A stretch of DNA of 38,033 nt from Chiloscyllium plagiosum (taxonomy: Eukaryota). The notes beneath the pieces were generated by a model. The model worked only from the letters and a program-made list of their open reading frames with translations. It did not search any database and had not been told where the DNA came from. Position numbers and translations under genes: made by a program. Below are positions 11,986 to 24,047 of the stretch, piece after piece; the first letter of the stretch is position 1, and the number at the start of each line of letters is the position of its first letter. The stretch spans positions 21,998,670-22,036,702 of the forward strand of contig NC_057718.1 in NCBI RefSeq assembly GCF_004010195.1. Reading direction: 5' to 3'.

Positions 11986-12469
11986 AATTGGAGCTCCATA
12001 ATCTGTTATATTTTGGTTTGTAAATTTACTGTCAAACAACTTGAACAGTATTGCCTTTTTCACAGGATTTTGCAATTTGCAATGTCCTAACATGGATTAT
12101 TTTTACTCAAATTGGTACTTCAGTCTTGAAATAAATAAAACCAGTTGAAAGTGAGGTTAGGCTTTAAATGCAAACCTGCAGAAATTAAATCATTCCTCAA
12201 AATTGAACTGGCACCTCAAAAACTGAATTGCTACAAAAGTTTCTATCACCATGACAATTCAGAATATTTTCTTATTTGCATTATTAATCCGGAACTGACA
12301 AAGCTATTTCCTTTCTATTACGTCCAAAAAGAGATTATACTTCTAAAATTATTAAAGAGCATCTGCAGTTGCATGTGAACATGTTTCAGAGACTGACTAC
12401 CACTCTAACCAATGCAAATATTAAACATATGATCTATCAAGCCAAGTTACATTCTGGGATCTGACTTAG

Positions 12470-12745
12470 AATCACAGAATCCCGACCATGCAATTCGGCC
12501 CTTTGTATCCGCACTGACATTCAGAAAAGCATCCCAACCAATCCAGGCCCCATGCTATCTCTGTACTCCTACATTAACCATGGCTAATCCACTTAACCAG
12601 TGTATCTTTAGACTATGGAAGGGCCCAGTGGAAACCCACGCAGACAAAGAGGGAGCATGCAAACTCCACACAGACAGTCACCCGAGGCTGGAATCCAATT
12701 CACGTCCTTGGTGCTGAGGAAGCAGCGGAGCCACCATGTTGCCTG
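12470..12745 (-). mobile_element. HE1/V-SINE-like SINE
   Basis: Reverse complement of the 10452 family (gcaaactccacacagacagtcacccgaggctggaatc). Confidence 0.88.
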
Positions 12746-13130
12746 TCCAATATTACCATCAGCTGAAAGCATGTTTGTTATACTGCATATTGGAAGTGCC
12801 ACTGTTCAAGTTTAAAAAAAAACTATTAATTATGCATTGGCTAAAGTAACTGACAGTTAACTGCCAAGCTTTGTTTACATTTCAAACCAGACAGGTTGAC
12901 TTTGACTGGTCAAGATATGGCTCTGAGAAATGAACCAGAACATGGCTACCCCTACTTTGTTAAGGTACGGTGTGTCTACTTGCTTTGTCTGTTGGAAAGA
13001 CAGGGCCCCATTTATTACTATGCATAGTTTCCACAATGTGCAAATCTGCCACACTGCAAACCTAAATAACATTCCTAAATTGTCAGCTTAATTCTTCACA
13101 CTGTTAGGTTTTTTTTTGTAAACATCCAAT

Positions 13131-14057
13131 TGTGATAAATAATACAAAATGCATTTTCATTAAGTTTGAGTTAGTCAAAAATGGGTTTTTCTTTGTGTCT
13201 GAAGTTAATAAGTAACGTGTAACTAATTCCTTGGCAATGATGATTTCTTTGAAAACAGTCTCTAAGAGCTATCTTTTAGAACTAATGGATGTGTCCATAA
13301 ATTAGCAGGGATTATGACCAAGCAAGGTAAACAAATGATCAAGATCGGTTAGAAATTTCTGGACCTTTCGTTCAGCTTAAGAGAAACACCCATAGCTGAG
13401 CGAGTGAGCCCTTTCAGTTTTAGTCAGTACTGAATAAGTCCTTGGAAAAAGATGTATAAAACTGTGCTCCTAAGAAAGAGAGAAGATAGTTGGGTTTGTT
13501 ACTCTCAGGTAGAATAAAGAATCAGTTTCAGTCCCAAAATGTTTGGATTAAACCCTGAAAAGATTATTTGAAACAGAGTAGTTTTTGAAGGTCAGGTATA
13601 TGATAGTTCCAGGAAGAAGCACCCAGATGTTCCAGATTTAATGTTAAAGTCACAGTTAATGTAAGCCTATCAAGGGGTTAAGAAAATATTTTCTCCTTGG
13701 TAAAATTACTCGACAAGGAGTACTTCTGGGTACTGTACAAAGGATAATTTTGGGATCCAAAAAAGTTTCCTTTGGGATCCATAAAGGAGTGTTTTGGGAT
13801 TAAACTTTTAGTATGTTTAAAGTTTTGGTCTTTAGGCTTATACTATATGTATAGGCTGCTTTATTCTATTTTTGTCTTGATTTATTTTGCTTAATAAACT
13901 TTAGCTTTACGTTAAAAGCAAACCTGCAACATTGTGTGCCTATGTTTCAGCAAGAGACCACCTCAATAAAACTAAAGGATAAAACATATCTATCAAGCCA
14001 GAGTTCAGTCTGGAATTTGACCTGTAGAGTAACGACATCATATAGATGTATAATACA
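13131..14057 (+). mobile_element. Possible solo LTR or other interspersed repeat
   Basis: Begins TGTGATAA, contains AATAAA, ends ...ACA; 13940-14020 is similar to 12381-12467; no clear TSD. Confidence 0.4.
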
Positions 14058-14308
14058 ATCGCTGGGTAATAAACAGTCAGACACTACTCATTATTAATTG
14101 GTGTATTCTCCAATGTCAATGCAGGTATCAATCACAGTTTTGCTGCTAACCAATCGGCATTCTCCTCTCAAACAGTATAAATCATGTGTTCCCTTTAGTT
14201 GGTTTGTTTCTGTGAATTCTTCAAACAAAAAACTTTTTACAAGTCCTTTTTCAGGAATACCCAAATTCTGTACTACCAAATGATTATAAAAGAAAATAAT
14301 TCACTTAC

Positions 14309-14520
14309 TTTTCACTAATACTTTCTTTCTTTTGGTGCTGTAGTAAAACTATCAAACAACTCAATCCCTCTCGCTTCAGTGATGGTGTCTTCACAAGTGA
14401 TTTGGTGATCTGCTGGGCCAGAGTGTTTACCAGAGAGGTTTCCATGACAGCTTTTGCAGCAAGCTGACAGATTATCATATAGGTAGCAGCTCTATAATCA
14501 GCAAATGAAGACTTCAATCC
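14309..14520 (-). CDS. HEATR1: HEATR1 exon 7: GLKSSFADYRAATYMIICQLAAKAVMETSLVNTLAQQITKSLVKTPSLKREGLSCLIVLLQHQKKESISEK
   Basis: atag|GGA...AA|gtaagt; 212 nt; DYRAATYMIICQ motif. Confidence 0.96.
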
Positions 14521-14614
14521 CTATCAATTTGAAGAAAAATGTTTTAACCAACAATTTCTAAAGCACAGTATAACACATATAAAAGCAGTGTCATTCAAAC
14601 ATTATAATGTGGGT

Positions 14615-14838
14615 AAAAACAATGACTGCAGATGCCGGAAACCAGATTCTGGATTAGTGGTGCTGGAAGAGCACAGCAGTTCAGGCAGCATCCGAGGACA
14701 GGCAAAATCCGAGGACAGGCAAAATCGACGTTTCGGGCAAAAGCCCTTCATCAGGAGGGCTTTTGCCCGAAACGTCGATTTTGCCTGTCCTCGGATGCTG
14801 CCTGAACTGCTGTGCTCTTCCAGCACCACGAATCCAGA
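14615..14838. mobile_element. Fold-back Penelope-like insertion, family A
   Basis: Near-perfect inverted arms; exact 14-bp TSD attataatgtgggt at 14601-14614 and 14839-14852; internal 17-bp tandem duplication atccgaggacaggcaaa. Confidence 0.92.
14722..14756 (-). ncRNA. Minimal hammerhead ribozyme core on the HEATR1 sense strand
   Basis: Minus strand: tc-CTGATGA-a-GGGC tttt GCCC-GAAA-CGTC-gatt; stem I only about 2 bp. Confidence 0.6.
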
Positions 14839-15329
14839 ATTATAATGTGGGTGACCAGCAGGGTGCATACAAATCAGAGGTCACTTCAGCAATGGATGTT
14901 GTTACATAGCTTCAGCTATTGGTGTGAAGCATAAGAAGTCAGAGTGTATATAAAGTAATGAGGAGCAATAGTGAACCCAGCCCCCCACCCCCTCTTATCC
15001 CTTACAGTATATTTTGCACTTTTGCACAAACTGAATAGTGCAGATCTAACTAGCAAAAAAAAAGTTAAGACGTTTATAAAATAAAAACAGAAAGGGCAGT
15101 AAAAGCTCAGCACATCTGACAGCAACTATGGAGAGAGAAAGAGTTAATAATCTGAGTCAAATAGGACTCTTTCTCAGAACTGAACTGCAGCTGAATATTT
15201 CCAGAACTTTGTTTTGATTTCATATTTCTAACACCTGCAGTATATAGCTTTTATTTCAAGATATTTATAATAAAATTGAAAGTAAATATGCTCCACATGA
15301 TTTAGCTTCACACATGCAAAATGTTTTAC

Positions 15330-15470
15330 CTTCTGGATATATGGAAGCAGTTTGGCCACTATGGTGTCTGTTATTTTCTCCGCAGTGTTTAATGCTACCA
15401 CAATGGTGGATGCATAAAAAGAAAAAAGAACCCTCAGCTGTGCTGGATTGCTAGGATAATCTCCAAATGT
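15330..15470 (-). CDS. HEATR1: HEATR1 exon 6: TFGDYPSNPAQLRVLFSFYASTIVVALNTAEKITDTIVAKLLPYIQK
   Basis: ttag|ACA...AAG|gtaaaa; 141 nt; phase 0/0. Confidence 0.95.
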
Positions 15471-15967
15471 CTAAGTAAAAAACAGAAATTGATAATTAGG
15501 TTTATTTCATAATCACAATTCTTGAAATTTGGTGTGCTTAATATTCCTTTATAAGCTTCAATAAATTGCTAATTTATTCAACTGCCGAGAACATCATATG
15601 TGAGACTGATTTTGGGCTTGCTGATGTAAATCTACCTAGAATTTCCTGTTTTAATCTCAGACTGAGATCAAGATGGACAACCCTGGTTGTTTTCATCATG
15701 CCCTAGTCATGGAACAGAAACCAGCAAATGTGTCTTAACTATCACCAAGTGAGCACAAGAAAAGCATTAAGCCTTGAAGCTTGCTGGCCTGCACCAGTCA
15801 GTACCATAATTGCAGTATCTTTAAGGATCTTTTGTACCGCTACTACAATAATAATTCTATACTATGGTTTTGAACAATTCACATTTTCTAAGTGTGAATG
15901 TGAAAACACTCAGAGCAAAAATTCAAATTAGTCCAAAACTTTCAAATTTGAGGTTGGGTGTACAAAC

Positions 15968-16069
15968 CTTGACAGCTTTGGTTATCAGACTGCAGATGAA
16001 ATCCATAAAGTTCAAATCTTTGTAACAATGTGTAATTAATGTACTTCTTGCCAATGGGACGCCATATTT
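15968..16069 (-). CDS. HEATR1: HEATR1 exon 5: KYGVPLARSTLITHCYKDLNFMDFICSLITKAVK
   Basis: gcag|AAA...AAG|gtttgt; 102 nt; GVPLA..TLITHCYKDL.FMDFICSL motif. Confidence 0.95.
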
Positions 16070-17008
16070 CTGCATAGATAATAGAAAAATACAACTTATT
16101 TGAATGATACTTTGCAATATCTCCAGCTACATCAACTGAGCAAGTTATAGCAGAATGCATTTGTTGGTGGAACTGATTATTTTCTCATTCAGATACCGTC
16201 TTTGTGTCTCAGCTACACCACACGCTCTACTAAAGAATTAATGTCCTACAAAGTCGCACAAGATTAATCAAATCTTTCATTTCTCTCTCGCTCTGCATCA
16301 ATTTCACATATAGATGCACATTTTCTACTACTTGGATGAAAAGCAACTCAAACACCGTGATCTCAACAGCAAGCAGTTGACGATATGGATGCTTGGTTAG
16401 TGGCCTATCCTATAACCATTTATCAGATCATTGATAATAATAACAACATGTACAACAAATACCTCCATAAACCATGAGGTGCACTGATAAAATATTTTAC
16501 ACTGGAAATATACCCAGACAGTAGAAAGATAGTCAACTGCCATTAGCCATGCTCTTGCAGAATTTCAGAGTGATTATTGAACAAACAATATGGATACAGT
16601 GGATGCACATTCCATGTGCAGTGCCATCATCATTAGTGAATGATTAGTGACACTGACAAGAGGTTGGGAAGTAAGGTGGAGGCTGGGACCCTAGCTGGAG
16701 GGTGAATCATATTTAAAGGAATTTCAGCCGTAGAATTTACAGATTACAGAACCAGTTAGTCAATTTAAAAGTAATTTTATGACGGATAAGAAAATAACAG
16801 ACTGGTCCAAATGCATTCAACAATTTTCACCAAATAGCCATCTAAGTTAAATACTGTTATGGCTGGATTTTTTAGTTTAAAAATACTGAAATAAAACCTG
16901 AGGAATGCCAATTATTCTTATCCATTGAATGTCATAAACATCATAACTGCAGAATAAAAGCCTCATTTCTGCAGACTTTAATTATATTGTTTGAACTTTT
17001 TTTATTAC

Positions 17009-17150
17009 CTGCATGGGCATCAGCCAATGCCAGCGATGAGTTGGGCAATCAATTTTAAGAAGCTGAATGGCTCTGACAAATACATTGGTCTCATGATAGG
17101 GAAGAATGCAGCCGATCAAACTGTCCTGATTATACAGATGAATGTGGAAC
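17009..17150 (-). CDS. HEATR1: HEATR1 exon 4: FHIHLYNQDSLIGCILPYHETNVFVRAIQLLKIDCPTHRWHWLMPMQ
   Basis: ctag|G...CAG|gtaata; 142 nt; conserved LPYHET motif. Confidence 0.96.
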
Positions 17151-17492
17151 CTAGCAAAACAAGTACATACAAGTTAAAACCATGGAGATCTCATTGCTGT
17201 AATTACTTTTATGCAATGAAAATAACTGTATCACAGCTTCAAAACATGTTATGATCCCAAAACTATCATTCAGCAAAATGTTTTTATATGTTTTAATTAA
17301 ATCTGCTGATTCCTAGTTACTGCAAAATAAAAGAAAATTGCAATTAACTATGTTTCATTAATATAATACAGGTTTGAATACAGATCGTTTTGACTAAGAA
17401 CAGAGACATTCAAACATAGGTTCAAATATGCTTGTTGAAGAAAAAAAGAAATAAATTATTTTCTAAATTCCAAATCATTGGTATCATGTTAC

Positions 17493-17709
17493 CTTTGAAT
17501 AAGCCATTCGAGGCATTTTTGAGCTGGCTTGAGCATGAAATATGGTGATAAGCGTGTTAGAAAAATCAATATATTCTCATTGAGCTTGGCATTCACTTCT
17601 TTAGTTTGAACACTACGTTCTAGACCTTTGGAAGCTTGGCTGAAGAGTGTCGACTGAAATTCTTCAAAAGCTGGATCAATTCCAATAAGTTCCTCTAGAC
17701 CTGTACATC
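17493..17709 (-). CDS. HEATR1: HEATR1 exon 3: CTGLEELIGIDPAFEEFQSTLFSQASKGLERSVQTKEVNAKLNENILIFLTRLSPYFMLKPAQKCLEWLIQR
   Basis: tag|GA...AG|gtaaca; 217 nt; phases fit neighbours; conserved LSPYF.LKPAQKCLEWLI motif. Confidence 0.96.
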
Positions 17710-18639
17710 CTACATGATTAGAGAAATGAGTGTTAACACAATGATGAAGTAATGTAAAGTATTATTCCACAAGAATTTGCAATAAAAGAAAAATCTATTA
17801 CTGATTTTAGTCAAAGTTTAGAACACAAGTCATCACACCTTTATGGAAGGATTTGATCTTTAGTGCATTATAAATTCTAAAAGACTATTTGGATGGTCCT
17901 GTATATATTATCTTTACACTGTAAACATGATAAAAGAAAATTATCGCTCATGCATTTGATAAGATCTACATGCATGCACACTCCCTTAATAAGCCTCCTC
18001 CTAAACCAATCCAGTAGATGGTAATTGTTTAATTATTAGAGGCAGTTTACACACTTTCTGGAAAGACGATGTGCAAAAAAGATTGGAAAGGAAGCATTAA
18101 AAACTCATTAGGCCTTTAGTACCATTTTTGTATTCAACCAGAAAAAAAACTTTGTACCAAATGAAAAAAAAAGAGAACCATCTTAAACTGTGGCAAAGAA
18201 TAACTGCTTCGGAGTAAAATCAGCAATTTCGTATTATTTATGACAAAAAGGAAATGGATATTCTATAGATATTAAGAAGTTGCGGCTTCAGCTATACAAG
18301 CTGGTGAAAAGTGAAACATAAAAAATATCACATTCAAACATCAACTATTAGGGTTCCGAGAACGGTGAAATTCAGAGACCACTGTTAATATAAATATTGT
18401 TATCAAAGAACTGAAGGAGGACTAGTGGAATTGGAGAATGGAGCAAACAACACAAAGAATGGTGAGTGTGAAAGGGTCAAAATGAAATGTGCCGTGATTT
18501 GCTAAAAGAAACAAATTTCTATGAGGAACAGCTGGAAAAAGTAATCGTGAAGGGAGAGGCTGAAAGGGCAGAATGAAAATAGAAACAGAAGGACGAGAGC
18601 AGATTCATGGAAACCCCACTAATTGCAGGTTCAGTTTAA

Positions 18640-19200
18640 ACCACACACTATCCTGACTTGCAAATATATTGCGGCTCTTTCACTGTCAATAGCTCAAAAT
18701 CCTGGAATTTCCTTCTTAACAATAGCGTGGGTATACCTACTACTGCCACCACACCACAGGGGGAGGCAATGACTTAGTCACATTATCTTTAAACTATTGA
18801 TCCAGAAACTCAGCTAATGTTTTGGGGACCCAAGTTCAAATTCTGACATGGCAGATGGTGAAATTTGAATTGAATAAAGAATCCAGAATTAAGAGTTTAA
18901 TGATGACCACAAAACCATCATCAATTGTTGGGGAAGCACCCATCCTTTAGGGAAGGAAATCAGTCACCCTCACCTTGTCTGGTCTACATGTAACTCCAGA
19001 TCTACAGCAATATGGTTGTCTCTGAACTGCCTCTGGTATGGATGGGCAATAAATGCTAGCCTGGCCAGTGACCCCCACATCCCATGAGTGAATCTTTTAA
19101 AAATGCTACCCCAAATTAAAGACTGCAGGGGTTCAAGACAGTAGCTTGTCACCACCTTCTCAAGGACAATCAAAAAGAGGCAATAAGTGCTGGCCTAGTT
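18640..19200 (+). mobile_element. Old LINE 3' end with a SINE (about 18760-19100) inserted into it
   Basis: Flanks match 28040-28245 (cacac..tcctgacttg, caccaccttctc..gg.caat); the insert matches 10757-11088. Confidence 0.6.
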
Positions 19201-19439
19201 ACCAATTTACACAGTATGAGAAAAAATTATTTTAAATGCCAACTGAAATCTGTGACTGGATGATGTATGCAGCATTTTAGGAAGAAGAAGGACAAATTGA
19301 GAAAATGTCACAGCGGTTTTACTTAATTCTAGCAAAACAGGGATTCCCAAAAAGGGCTGGTGATTTTCTGCAAACTGTGGCAGATATTGAACAAAGGACA
19401 TACTTGCCACAGAGGCAGTGTAACAAAGATTCAACAATC

Positions 19440-19905
19440 TAATCACAGGAATGACAGATTGTTACTTGGGGAATGATTCAGCAGACTGGGCCTATACTCT
19501 CTAGAGTGCGAGTTCATCCCATTGAAGCGTACGATTGTGAGTTCACCCCATTGAAGCGTACAAACTCTTAGAGTTTGACAGTGTAGACACAGGAAGAATA
19601 CTTCCCCAGTTGATTGTCTGGAACCATGGGACCCAGTCTCAGAATAAGACACAGCCCATTTAGGGTTGAGACAAGGAGGAATTGTTTTACTCCAAAGATG
19701 GTGAATATTTGGAATTCCCATTCCCAGAGGGCTTTGGAATATATTCACAACTGACACTTATACATTTCTAGGTATTACCAATATCAAAAGACATGTAGAT
19801 AGTACAGGAGAATGGTACTGAGTTTGATCAGCCATGGTAAAGGTGAACAGCAGACCAGGCTTAATTGGCCAAATGGCTCACTTCTGTTCCTATTTCTTAT
19901 GTTCA
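19440..19905 (+). mobile_element. Old CR1 3' end
   Basis: Degenerate similarity to 720-1100; tail ggccaaatggctcacttctgttcctatttcttatgttc. Confidence 0.75.
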
Positions 19906-20479
19906 TTTGATGACGTATGGACAGAATGTAAATACAATAGCGTGATTTTTAATTCATACAATGGAAACTGGAAAGTGGAATAAAATGGCACTTCTTAAAT
20001 GAGTTACAGCAGTAACTAATAAATCGATGACCCCATTTGATATCTAGTTCTGGATGGTGCCCTCAGTGTAGTGCTAGAATCTCCAGTGAGGATCGACCAC
20101 AGCAGCTCACATCACTAAAGACTAATACAAGATATATTATTTTAGAAATGACATGGTTCAAAAGGAGTGAAAAATACATTTTTATTAAATGGGAGGGATC
20201 TTTTAGTTGAAAAAATTGGAATATTTGCAAATGACGATGCTAAGTAATATATGTGAAAACTTCAAAAAAGTTAGACTCCAAAATTTGATTAACTGAGGAA
20301 GCAAAAATGGGGATCAAATAAGATAAATTACAAGTATATGGTCTGCATAAACCTTTGCAGTGGTCATGTACCAATGCAATAAATCTATGACAGGTATAGC
20401 AGAGTAGAGACAACAGCAGTAACAGCTCCCAAAGAAAATATGTTGAGGCATGCAAGTGCAGGGTGGATGTATCACTTAC

Positions 20480-20621
20480 CTATGGCAAAGAAAGTGTCTC
20501 TGTCAACAGTAGCAGCTTCCTTACAATCAAACAACAACGATACTGTCACTGTGCGAGACAGAAGACTTGGATCATTCTGTGGTAAAGCCAAGCGTTTCAG
20601 CTGAAAGGCTAAAGAGGTCAT
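20480..20621 (-). CDS. HEATR1: HEATR1 (UTP10) first coding exon (exon 2): MTSLAFQLKRLALPQNDPSLLSRTVTVSLLFDCKEAATVDRDTFFAIG; acceptor AG at 20632-20631 with 9 nt of 5'UTR
   Basis: Translation matches the recalled HEATR1 N-terminus (MTSLAQQLQRLALPQ...SLLFDPKEAATIDRDT); donor G|gtaagt; 142 nt, phase 1. Confidence 0.96.
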
Positions 20622-22317
20622 TTTGCTTTCCTGAGGTTGAAAACAAAAGGAAATGAAAACTAATGATGAACACACAGCATGCTTAAGGTCAGACGCTCAC
20701 TATGGAAACTTAACTTTTAGTAAAACACACAAAAAAAACTTGCTGAATAGTGACATTTCAAATAACCTTTACTTCATTACAAATTGCACCATGTGGTGTA
20801 AAGTAATTGCTCTCCTTAGAAGTGCTTTTGTCAGATTTAACTAGATTCTGTGAAAATTGTGTTTTTCAGCACAACATTTTCCCAGACCATTTTCACAGTA
20901 AGTTAATCAATGATTCAGCATTGAGAAGGTGATGAGGAAAATCAATCACCTATCGAGAAGAAAACTAAATTTATATTACTCTATCCTATAGGCCAAGCCA
21001 CACTTCATTTTGTAAACATTTATAACTACTATGGAAACATAAAAAAGTGTGGAAATAGTTTAACGCCGATGTTATTTCAATAAAAGCAAATTGCTAAAAA
21101 CTCACAAAAGATCTGTCAGCATTTAAAAGCAAACACCAGTCACTAATACTCAATATGATTATTTTATATATATGAGGCAAAGACAATGCTGCTCTTTCTT
21201 TTGATAGAAAATATTTTAGCTTATTTTTAAAACTACATTTGATGCGTTACAGCAACATTGGAGAATGAATCCTGGTCTTCGACCACTGCCAGAGACACAG
21301 AGATTCCATTCGTCAAAAGCTGGTGAATAAATGAGGACACCATTTGGGACCCATTCTCACTGATCAATCCAGAAACGAGCTTGAAATGTCACATTGTGCT
21401 AAATGCTGGTAGAAGATGTCAGGAGAGAAGTTTGATGCTATTGTTGTGCTGAGATATTCCTAAAAGTGGGAATGGCAATGTTGCTGCGCTTTTCCAGCAG
21501 CACGTTTTCGTCAATGTTTAGGTATCGGTCAATCAAGGATAGGTAGTCAATTAGTTGGCCTGTTGATGGTCATCTTACCAGAACTGTGTCATTTTAGTCG
21601 ATTAGAATGGTGACCTCCATTTAGTCAGGAGACTGTGAACTAAATCAGTGTGACCTCCCAGCAACTTCAGGGGACTTCATGACCCCTGGTAGCAATGACT
21701 GTGCCTGGAGGCCTAATGCTTTCACAGTTGGGTATTCCTCTCTAATCACTGGGGTCAGCCATCCTGGCTCTGGCATTTTCTTTTGGTCCTTCAAAGGCAG
21801 ATGTTAATGGAGGCACCACTTCTAAGGCCTTGCTGCCTCTGCAGCAGCCATCTGTTCCAATAAAAGCCCAATGTCCTTTACTTGCAAGTGTAAATAGTTG
21901 ATATTAACTGGTGTTCATAACTTTTCCTCGGGCCTTGGTTTTATTCCTGCCTTTATAATACACATTTTTTCATGTGTTTAACACATCAACCTCCATCTTC
22001 CCTTGATTATCTTCCACAGTTTCCATCACCTGTTCCTTCTTGCTTTCCGGAAGTATCATTCTCTCCTTGAATTCTTTGCTCATTTTTCTACCCTACACAC
22101 ATCCAACTACTTTCTTTCCTGACACTTTCTTGTGTAAGATATTTGTTCATATATCTGCTTCTCCACATTATTGTTCAGAGTTCCAAGCCTTTCTATATTG
22201 TATACTTAATGCAACCAAGTTTTCTAAATTAACTTGTTATGCAGTCTCCTCAGCATGGATACTAAATGCAGGTCAGTAACTGCTTTGCCAAGTACTTCTA
22301 CTCTGCCTACAAACTGG

Positions 22318-22560
22318 AGTGGCATGGTGGGCCAGTGGCGAGGGATCTTGGTTCAATTCCACCCACGGGCAACTGTCTGTGTGCCGTTTGCACATTCTCC
22401 CGTGTCTGCGCGGGTTTCCACAGGGTGCTCTAGTTTCCTCCCACAATCCAAAGATGTGCAGTTTAGGTGGATCAGCCATGCTAAATTGCCATAGTGTTTA
22501 GGGATGTGCAGGCTAGGCGGATTAGCCATGGGAAACGCAAGGTTACAGGGTCAGAATGGA
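22318..22560 (+). mobile_element. HE1/V-SINE-like SINE (partly deleted)
   Basis: B box ggttcaattcc; core tttgcacattctcccgtgtctgcgcgggtttcc; cccacaatccaaagatgtgcag. Confidence 0.88.
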
Positions 22561-22764
22561 TTCAATGAACCACATGAAATATAATTTAACATCCTCGTTC
22601 ACTGATTCCTAACTTCACTTGTTATTATCAATTCTCTCATTATCTTTGATCTCGAAGAATGATGGAGTTCAATAACTCTTTTCTATCTTTCGTCTTGACA
22701 CACATTTTTACCAAACACATTTCTCCTCAGTTTCCTTCCAGACCTAATATTAAGTATCATTTAT

Positions 22765-23130
22765 GATGCATCTTTAAATTGTAAAGCATCTTGAGGTGCT
22801 TCACAGTAGAATCAAACAAAATGTGATGCAGAGTTCAGGAAGGAGAAATGAGGAATAGTGGCCAAAAGCTTGGTCAAAGTAGCTGATTTTAAGAAATATC
22901 TTAGAGAAGAAAGAGGGGTAAAGGCTTATGGTGGGAGTTCCAGAGCTCAGGCCCCAGGAAGCTGAAGATGTGGCAGTTCATGTTGGTATTACTATATTCA
23001 GAAATGCAGAAAAAGCCACAAGTGGAGGAACACAGAGATCGGGTGTGCTGTAGGATTTTTGTTGTGCCTGCAGGGATTTCTGAGTAGCTTGAGTTAGATA
23101 TTTAAACCAAAATGAAAGTTGTAAGGTGAA
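22765..23130 (-). mobile_element. Old L2-like LINE 3' fragment
   Basis: Recalled resemblance (ccaaaagcttggtcaaag..., gggagttccagagctcaggccccagg); related to 8370-8500. Confidence 0.45.
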
Positions 23131-23461
23131 GGATGATCAAATGTACACAAAGTTTTTAAGCTGCTGTGCAGCTGCCCTGCTTACAGGGAACGAGGCTCTG
23201 GTCATTCTCTCGATACTCACTCTGAGACCAGGCTGAAGTCATTTCATTTGGGAGGATTGGAACTCCACCAATGGATGATATAAAGGAGGATGGTCCTGTT
23301 TTGAGTGACATTCACTAGAGTAAGCATTCGCTATTATGAATTAGGTTTGGTTTGTTTCAGGAGCTAAAATCTAACCATCATCAGCACAGATACAATGTTG
23401 TGTCACGTGTCATTCTGGACTGATTCTTTTTCAATGAAAGGTGTGACAAGGGAAGCAATCA

Positions 23462-23785
23462 GCTGGCATGGTGGCTCAGTGTTTAGCACTGCTGCCTCAC
23501 AGCACCAGGGACCCAGGTTCGATTCCAGCCTTGGGTGACTATGTGGGGTTTGACATTTTCCCCATGTCTGTGCGTTTCCTCCGGGTGCTCCAGTTTCCTC
23601 CCACAGTCCAAATATGTGCAGGTTAGGTGATTTGGCTATGCTAAATTGCCCATAGTGTTCAGGGATGTGTAGGTGAAATGTAGAGTCTAGGGGAATGGGT
23701 CTGGGTGGGTTACTCTTTGGGGGGGATCGGTGTGCCTGTGTTGGGCCAAATAGCCTGTTTCTACAGTTTATGGATTCTAAGATAA
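23462..23785 (+). mobile_element. HE1/V-SINE-like SINE
   Basis: A box tggctcagtg, B box ggttcgattcc; same core and tail as the 10452 copy. Confidence 0.9.
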
Positions 23786-23788
23786 TCT

Positions 23789-24047
23789 CGAAACGTTGAT
23801 TTTCCTCCTCCTCAGATGCTGCCTGACCTGCTGTGCTTTTCCAACACCACACTCTCAAATCTAATCTCCAGCATCTGCAGTCCTCACTTTTGCCATTTTA
23901 GCAGATATGTTGAGGAGAAAGTGAGGTCTGCAGATGCTGGAGATCAAAGTTGAAACTTTATTGCTGGAACAGCACAGCAGGTCAGGCAGCATCCAGGGAA
24001 CAGGAGTAGGAAACGTCGAATCTCCTGTTCCCTGGATGCTGCCTGAC
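23789..24047. mobile_element. Penelope-like terminal fragment (23789-23895) followed by a short fold-back insertion (23916-24047)
   Basis: Family A arm sequence; 17-bp TSD tagcagatatgttgagg at 23899-23915 and 24048-24064. Confidence 0.85.

Noticed and set aside
14588..14868. Mirror-image ORFs with VVLEEHSSSGSI / MLPELLCSSSTTNP peptides (also at 8763-8979)
   Set aside because: A by-product of palindromic repeat arms; no evidence of coding
16373..16540. 12-bp imperfect inverted repeat (gcagttgacgat / atagtcaactgc), possible MITE or snoRNA terminal stem
   Set aside because: No TSD and no correctly placed C/D or H/ACA boxes on the sense strand; could be chance
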